This document shows positions 16,765-21,645 of a stretch of DNA of 21,645 bases, piece after piece (position 1 is the first letter of the stretch; every line of letters begins with the position of its first letter). The stretch is from NCBI GenBank assembly GCA_043767805.1, contig JAYUGC010000175.1, forward strand, positions 1 to 21,645, in the 5' to 3' direction. Below the pieces are notes generated by a model, which saw only the letters and a list, made by a program, of their open reading frames with translations, ran no database searches and was not told the DNA's origin. Source of the stretch: Pseudomonadota bacterium. GTDB taxonomy: Bacteria > Bdellovibrionota > FAC87 > UBA2466. Made by a program: the position numbers and the translations under genes.

Positions 16765-17472
16765 ATGCGTAGTACCAAGTGGATTCTTTCATTGCTCTGT
16801 TTCGCCAGACTGGCCGCGGGGGCGGTAAGCGGAGCGGTTCCGGTGCCCAATATTTCCCTCTTCGTGCCTCAAGGATTCGACGATAACGACGAGGTTGTGG
16901 TCACTCTGGATGGATACTTGCCCAATGCCTGCTATCAGCTCACGGAAGCGGTAGTCACCCGCGATCTGACCAACCACCGAATTCTCGTTCAGCAGATGGC
17001 CTACGTGAGCCCCGGGCCGTGCGTGCAGGTGCTGAGCCCGTACGTCAATACCGTGCGGATCGGTCAGCTTCCGGTCGGCAGCTACATGATAGCGAGCGCT
17101 TCGGGAAGTTTGCGCAAAACTTTGAACATTACACGCGCGCCCATTCCCACCAAGGACGACTACTTGTACGCGCCCATCGATTCCGCGATGGTCGCGCCGT
17201 ACCAAGGGGGTTACGTGGCCGTCTTGACCGGACGGTATACGAATTCCTGTCTTCGCATGCGCGCCATTCCGGTAAGAGCCACAGGTGACACGGTTCAAGT
17301 GTTTCCCATCATGGAGTTTCGCAAAGCGGACGAGGCTGGAAGGCCTTGTCGCAAAGTGGAGCTTCCGTTTCGCGTGACCCAAAGACTCCCCGCGCTTTCT
17401 CGGGGACGCTACCTCCTGCACGTTCGGAGCCTGAACGGCCGGTCCGCTAATACGGTCTTCTCGGTAGAGTAG
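16765..17472 (+). CDS. Secreted hypothetical protein, two-repeat Cys-pair family (paralogue 2)
   Basis: GGGAG RBS before ATG 16765, signal peptide, FVPQGFDDND, DDYLYAPID, YLLHVRSLNGRSAN. Confidence 0.85.
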   Translation: MRSTKWILSLLCFARLAAGAVSGAVPVPNISLFVPQGFDDNDEVVVTLDGYLPNACYQLTEAVVTRDLTNHRILVQQMAYVSPGPCVQVLSPYVNTVRIGQLPVGSYMIASASGSLRKTLNITRAPIPTKDDYLYAPIDSAMVAPYQGGYVAVLTGRYTNSCLRMRAIPVRATGDTVQVFPIMEFRKADEAGRPCRKVELPFRVTQRLPALSRGRYLLHVRSLNGRSANTVFSVE

Positions 17473-17487
17473 ATCGCCATCCTACTG

Positions 17488-17520
17488 GCCCACTCGGCTT
17501 TTTGCCGGGTGGGCTTTTTT
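17488..17520 (+). terminator. Rho-independent terminator
   Basis: GCCCACTCGGC-TTTTT-GCCGGGTGGGC followed by TTTTTT. Confidence 0.85.
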
Positions 17521-17607
17521 AATACCTCGCCTACCTCTCAAACTGATCCGGCTCTCCCCACTGAAGGAAGACGCAAGCCATCACTCAAGTGAGCCAAACG
17601 TGGTTAT

Positions 17608-18012
17608 TTATGCCTTTGCTTTGAACGGGACGGAGGGGAGGGGGAGCAGGGCCTGCTCTATTTGCTCTTTTAGGTAGCTCAACGGAAAAGGCTTGATGAG
17701 ATAGGCGGCTGCGTTGAGTCGCGTGGCCTCCTGCCGTTCCTCGGGACTTCCTTCCCCCGTAAACAGCAGAATGGGCAGATTTGGGTGCTCACCGTGGGCG
17801 ACGATGAGAAAATTGAAACCGTTCATGGGGCGCAAGGTGGTGTGGCAGACGATGGCACGGGGAACCTCAGGGCTTTCCAAGGCCAACAACGCATCGACGG
17901 CCGAGCTGAAGCCGCGAACCTCATACCCTTGAGTCACCAGAAAATCCTGGAGAAGCGATCGCATCGGAGCTTCATCGTCGATGACCCAGATCATGTTTTT
18001 AGTAGGGGGCAC
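17608..18012 (-). CDS. Single-domain response regulator with His at the phospho-acceptor position (pseudo-receiver)
   Basis: WVIDDE, IVCHTTLRPMNG (D->H at residue 57), LFTG, YLIKPF. Confidence 0.85.
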   Translation of the reverse strand: MPPTKNMIWVIDDEAPMRSLLQDFLVTQGYEVRGFSSAVDALLALESPEVPRAIVCHTTLRPMNGFNFLIVAHGEHPNLPILLFTGEGSPEERQEATRLNAAAYLIKPFPLSYLKEQIEQALLPLPSVPFKAKA

Positions 18013-18054
18013 TCTGACTCACTCCGGTCCTTGGTTACTCCCTGGATCTAGAAG

Positions 18055-18070
18055 AGCAAGGGGCGTGCCA
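18055..18070 (-). promoter_or_regulatory. sigma54 -24/-12 promoter (consensus match)
   Basis: Minus strand TGGCACGCCCCTTGCT. Confidence 0.88.
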
Positions 18071-18100
18071 AAAAAATTAACCCGTAGCCAGCGAAGGCTC

Positions 18101-18135
18101 GGGAAGGATTGTCTGACTGTGGGACTTATTGTCCG
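18101..18135. promoter_or_regulatory. Tandem UAS palindromes
   Basis: GGGAAGGATTGTCTG (18101-18115) plus GGGACTTATTGTCCG (18121-18135), 20-bp offset. Confidence 0.7.
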
Positions 18136-18218
18136 CCAGGTGGTAGAACCCCACGATACTCTTTATGCAGACTCTTGATTGGTGCCTGGCAAAGGCCCAC
18201 GTTAAGAGCGAGGTAACG

Positions 18219-19778
18219 ATGAACCGCGCTTGGACCGAAGGCACTTTTCAGGGACTATTGGACTCCGCTCCGGATGCGATGGTCGTCGTGCGAGCGGATG
18301 GCAATATCGTCTTAGTCAATAGTCGGGCTGAGCACATCTTCGGTTACACTCGCGGCGAACTTCTGGGCCAAAAAATAGAGATCCTGCTGCCCGCGCGCTT
18401 TCAAAAAAGTCATATTCCGCATCGGGACGGCTATTTCAAGCTGCCGCGGGTCCGTCCCATGGGCGAAGGACTCGATCTTTACGGATGTCACAAGGACGGT
18501 CACGAGTTTCCGATCGAGATCAGCCTGAGCCCTCTACAGACCGCCGAAGGCCTTCTGGTGACGAGCGCGATTAGAGATACGACTGAGCACCGAAAGGCGG
18601 AGGCCGAGCTGAAAAGGGCCCGGGAAGCGGCGGACTCGGCGAATCGAATCAAGAGTGAGTTTCTCGCCAATATGAGCCACGAGATCCGAACTCCGCTCGC
18701 CGGCATTCTCGGTTATCTCGAAATGCTCGAGCTCTATTGCAAAACCGACGAGGATCGCAAGGACTACATCGCCAAAGCCAAGCGAAACGCGAATAATCTG
18801 ACGGAGCTCATCAACGATATCTTGGACCTTTCGAAGGTCGAGGCGGGAGCTCTGCAAGTCGAGCAACTTAAGTTCTCTCTCTCCGTCGAGATCGAAGGCG
18901 TTCTTTCACTTTTGCAGGGCCAAGCGGAAGAGAAGTCGATTGTCTTGGAATCGCTCGTGGAGCGTCCGATTCCTTTAAATATAGTGTCGGACCCGAAACG
19001 CTTTCGGCAAATTCTCATCAACGTTCTGGGAAATGCCCTTAAATTCACGCAGGCGGGCAGAGTCACGCTCCGGGTTCGGTATGTGAAAGCAACGGGTAAC
19101 AGACCCGTCCTCGAGCTCAGTGTTACCGACTCGGGATGTGGCATTGCCGCGGAAGCGCACACTAAGCTTTTCGAGCCTTTCGTGCAGGCCGACAGTTCCA
19201 CGACGAGAAAATACGGAGGCACCGGATTAGGCCTCGCGCTGTCTCGAAATCTGGCACGGGCCTTGGGAGGCGACTTGGTTTTGACTGAGAGCGTTCCTGG
19301 TAAGGGCAGTACGTTCACGATTACCATCGACCCTGGTAACTGCGATTCGTTAGGAGAAGGTTGCGAACGCGTGGGCCGGGCGTTGCCGGCGGCCAATAGC
19401 GACTCCCTTCGCATCGACGGAGTGCGTATCCTGCTAGCCGAAGACAACACGGACAACGAGCTGCTCATTTCTCAATTTTTGACCAGGGCGGGAGGCAAAG
19501 TCTCCATCGTGCGCAATGGGCTGGAGGCCGTTGAAATGGCGCTTAGCGAGAGGTTCGACGTCGTCTTAATGGATATTCAGATGCCTGTGATGGATGGGTA
19601 TGCGGCTTCCAGGAAGTTAAGGAAAGAGAGCTTCGCGAGCCCCATCTTCGCGTTGACGGCGCATGCGATGATCGAAGAGCGCGAGAAGTGCCGAGAGGCA
19701 GGCTGTGACGAGATCTTTACCAAGCCTTTGGATTTCGCGGTCCTGCTCGGCACCATTCAGAAATATTTGAAGCACTAA
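18219..19778 (+). CDS. PAS-domain hybrid histidine kinase/response regulator (FixL-like PAS)
   Basis: [19 protein letters not shown]…[17 protein letters not shown]…[44 protein letters not shown]; receiver LLAEDN…VLMDIQMP…TKP. Confidence 0.95.
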   Translation: MNRAWTEGTFQGLLDSAPDAMVVVRADGNIVLVNSRAEHIFGYTRGELLGQKIEILLPARFQKSHIPHRDGYFKLPRVRPMGEGLDLYGCHKDGHEFPIEISLSPLQTAEGLLVTSAIRDTTEHRKAEAELKRAREAADSANRIKSEFLANMSHEIRTPLAGILGYLEMLELYCKTDEDRKDYIAKAKRNANNLTELINDILDLSKVEAGALQVEQLKFSLSVEIEGVLSLLQGQAEEKSIVLESLVERPIPLNIVSDPKRFRQILINVLGNALKFTQAGRVTLRVRYVKATGNRPVLELSVTDSGCGIAAEAHTKLFEPFVQADSSTTRKYGGTGLGLALSRNLARALGGDLVLTESVPGKGSTFTITIDPGNCDSLGEGCERVGRALPAANSDSLRIDGVRILLAEDNTDNELLISQFLTRAGGKVSIVRNGLEAVEMALSERFDVVLMDIQMPVMDGYAASRKLRKESFASPIFALTAHAMIEEREKCREAGCDEIFTKPLDFAVLLGTIQKYLKH

Positions 19779-19781
19779 GCC

Positions 19782-20243
19782 CTACTGGGGAACCTCGTGG
19801 CTTGTCGCCTTTTCCCAGAGCGGGCGGCCGGACAGCTCCCGTAGAATCGCTTTGTGCTTTCCGCGCAGGATTTCGCGGGCAATCAGCGTCGGTTTGCCCC
19901 CGAGCCGAATGGTGACTCCGACCACTACGACCGGCTCGCCTTTGGTGAAGAGTAAGTCACGCTCCAGCACGAACCAACGGGGCCCGACGTGCACGTCGAT
20001 GTTGCCGCGTTCTCCTTGAAGCTTGAGAGAGATGCCGGGCTCCATCCCCGCAAGCGGGGTGATGTCTTCGGTGCGAAGCACTTTGCCTTCGATGCGTGCC
20101 TCCGATCCCGCCTGGTAAAGATGGTGATAAGCGCCGGAAGTGCCCCAACTGCCGCTGGTGGCGGCGATGGTCTCGGCGTGGCTCAGGGGAAGGTACGCGA
20201 CGACCCAGAGCAGCAGGATTAGGGTAATGGCATGGGTTCGCAT
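19782..20243 (-). CDS. Exported protein, OB-fold-like (VHVGPxWF motif, MamS/MamX-domain-like)
   Basis: GGAGAG RBS, signal peptide ending SHA-E, IEGKV…VHVGPRWF…GEPVVVVG…LIAREI…LRELSGRPLW. Confidence 0.7.
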   Translation of the reverse strand: MRTHAITLILLLWVVAYLPLSHAETIAATSGSWGTSGAYHHLYQAGSEARIEGKVLRTEDITPLAGMEPGISLKLQGERGNIDVHVGPRWFVLERDLLFTKGEPVVVVGVTIRLGGKPTLIAREILRGKHKAILRELSGRPLWEKATSHEVPQ

Positions 20244-20273
20244 GGAAGTCTCTCCGTTGAATAGGTCGGGATT

Positions 20274-20738
20274 CTATTTTCGAAATTTGGCTACTTTGGT
20301 CCGCTTCGAAGTGAGGGGCTGCGGCCAGAGGTCTCTGAGCTCCTTGGGAAGGCACTGAACGACGTCTTCAATCTCCCCCGCGCTTACTTTTTGAGACAGA
20401 AAGACGAAAACGTCCTGAACCATCATTTCGATTTGCTCGTCGGAAAGTTCCTTGAATTGCGGCGAGAGTTTCGCGAGAAAGTCATCCGCGTACCGGCTCT
20501 TCTCCCTCTTTGCCGCTGGTCTCCAACCTTCATAAAAAAGTCCCTTGATGATCAGAGGAAACTGAGAAGCCAGATCGGCGCCTTCCGCGGGCGGCAGATG
20601 CTCGCGTAGCTCCTGCAAGGTGAACCTGAGGGCCCGGCAGGCATAAGCCTCATCCTCGGTATTCATCTCCTTCATCAGCTCGCCAAGCCATTGCCGCGTG
20701 GTTTCCAGACTGGGTTTAAACTCGTTCAACGTGGTCAT
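20274..20738 (-). CDS. DUF2267-family protein
   Basis: AGGAG RBS before ATG 20738; TRQWLGEL…AYACRALRFTLQELREHLP…DLASQFPLIIKGLFYEGW…VSAGEIEDVVQCLPKELRDLWP. Confidence 0.85.
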   Translation of the reverse strand: MTTLNEFKPSLETTRQWLGELMKEMNTEDEAYACRALRFTLQELREHLPPAEGADLASQFPLIIKGLFYEGWRPAAKREKSRYADDFLAKLSPQFKELSDEQIEMMVQDVFVFLSQKVSAGEIEDVVQCLPKELRDLWPQPLTSKRTKVAKFRK

Positions 20739-20769
20739 AATCGCTCCTGGGTTAAATAGATTTCCTGGA

Positions 20770-21288
20770 TCAGTGATCGCGCCAATCGTCTTCCTCATCC
20801 TCGCTGGGCGCCTCGGCCTGCAAAGACTGTGAAAAATCCATTTCTCTCGGCTGCGCGATCTTCCGCCAGGTCTCAAACGGTACGCAAACCGCGTCGCCGC
20901 GGGCTCCCCCGGAGAAAGAAATGTCTTTGGTGATCTTGAGACTCGGATCCATCCAAATATCGATACCCGGCCAGTGGCGCAGGGGAGGAATCGCCCCCAC
21001 TTCACAGTCCGAGAAGAAGAACGCGGCTTCGTCTTCCGAAAGAAGCCTTGCGCATAGGGAAGGCGCGAGCCGGCGGACCTTTTCGAGAGACACTCGCCGG
21101 CAGGCGGGAAGCACGAGCAGCAAAATGGCATTATCGATCTCTACGGCAACGGTTTTGGCGACTTGGCGACCGCTGATGTGCTCGGCCTCCGCGATTTCTT
21201 GGGCAGTGAAGGCCGGCCGGTGATGAAGCTCGCGAAAGGGGGCTCCAGCCGAGCTCAGCGTTTCTTTGACCCAGCGTAATGTGCTCAT
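20770..21288 (-). CDS. YbaK/EbsC (prolyl-tRNA editing-like) family protein
   Basis: AAGG RBS before ATG 21288; HRPAFTAQEIA…VAKTV…LLVLPA…FSDCEVGAIPPL…MDPSL. Confidence 0.88.
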   Translation of the reverse strand: MSTLRWVKETLSSAGAPFRELHHRPAFTAQEIAEAEHISGRQVAKTVAVEIDNAILLLVLPACRRVSLEKVRRLAPSLCARLLSEDEAAFFFSDCEVGAIPPLRHWPGIDIWMDPSLKITKDISFSGGARGDAVCVPFETWRKIAQPREMDFSQSLQAEAPSEDEEDDWRDH

Positions 21289-21417
21289 GGGCGACCTTTC
21301 CAGAAGAAATCGCCGGAGGCGAGGCCAGTTCGATTCCGACGCATTTAGGCGGCAGCGAATTTGCACTCCGCACCGGTTCCAACGATCTTGACGGGTGATC
21401 CTTTCACGCAAACGTTT

Positions 21418-21433
21418 AGCAGGATGCGTGCCA
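21418..21433 (-). promoter_or_regulatory. sigma54 -24/-12 promoter for the YbaK-DUF2267-exported protein operon
   Basis: Minus strand TGGCACGCATCCTGCT. Confidence 0.8.
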
Positions 21434-21474
21434 CGTCGAAGAAAGAGAGAATTTCCGGCCCGGGAGGTCTTGGG

Positions 21475-21509
21475 GGGAATTTTAGTCCCTTAGTGGGCCA
21501 CTCTGTCGC
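21475..21509. promoter_or_regulatory. Tandem UAS palindromes
   Basis: GGGAATTTTAGTCCC (21475-21489) plus GGGCCACTCTGTCGC (21495-21509), 20-bp offset. Confidence 0.7.
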
Positions 21510-21540
21510 TTCTTTACCTAGTTCCCAACCGAATTTCGTT

Positions 21541-21556
21541 TGGCATGAATTCTGCT
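21541..21556 (+). promoter_or_regulatory. sigma54 -24/-12 promoter
   Basis: TGGCATGAATTCTGCT; GG-N10-GC. Confidence 0.8.
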
Positions 21557-21589
21557 CCTTCTGACTTCGAAAACCACCGGGGGAATGTC

Positions 21590-21645
21590 ATGAAATTAGG
21601 TAAAGACCGACCGAAGTCATCCGACGGTGGCCAGCATGGAGTTGG
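21590..21645 (+). CDS. Probable start of a CDS truncated by the window end
   Basis: GGGGGA RBS, then ATG 21590 (MKLGKDRPKSSDGGQHG…), open to the window end and downstream of a sigma54 promoter. Confidence 0.4.
   Translation, partial: MKLGKDRPKSSDGGQHGV

Noticed and set aside
18136..18218. sigma54 promoter for the hybrid kinase
   Set aside because: TGG-containing candidates (18141, 18180, 18187) lack GC at the required 10-nt spacing.
19782..20243. Magnetosome gene cluster, based on the MamS/MamX-like motif
   Set aside because: No other mam-like genes are present, and this domain type also occurs in non-magnetotactic bacteria.
20274..21411. ORF-track long versions (285 aa and 213 aa) of DUF2267 and YbaK
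   Set aside because: The extensions overlap the neighbouring gene or promoter region. RBS-supported ATGs at 20738 and 21288 match the family N-termini.

Overview
Bacterial genomic window, probably a Bdellovibrionota/Oligoflexia-like or other delta-proteobacterial-grade organism (inferred from the protein families only). It opens with a perfect 14-bp tandem repeat that runs into the stop codon of a SWIM-SNF2 helicase gene. A short decaying patch follows: a PhyH/methyltransferase-like chimera and an outer-membrane protein gene with an internal amber stop. The remaining ~16 kb is a stress/low-oxygen-type island. It holds a c-type cytochrome, an NtrC-family sigma54 activator, two PAS histidine kinases, a D->H pseudo-receiver, a beta-CASP MBL hydrolase, D-lactate dehydrogenase, a CBS protein, two tandem-USP proteins, an eRF1/host-attachment-like protein, DUF2267, YbaK and three paralogues of a secreted Cys-pair protein. 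The main signal is non-coding. Twelve sigma54 -24/-12 promoters are readable, ten of them in five divergent pairs. Each such intergenic region carries a 15-bp palindrome (consensus GGGACA-N3-TGTCCC), usually as two copies 20 bp apart. These sites lie 21, 30-32, 42-43 or 53 bp from the promoters, i.e. in helical phase. This looks like a self-contained, autoregulated sigma54 enhancer regulon resembling a hypoxia/dormancy response. All functional calls come from motif reading, without database searches.
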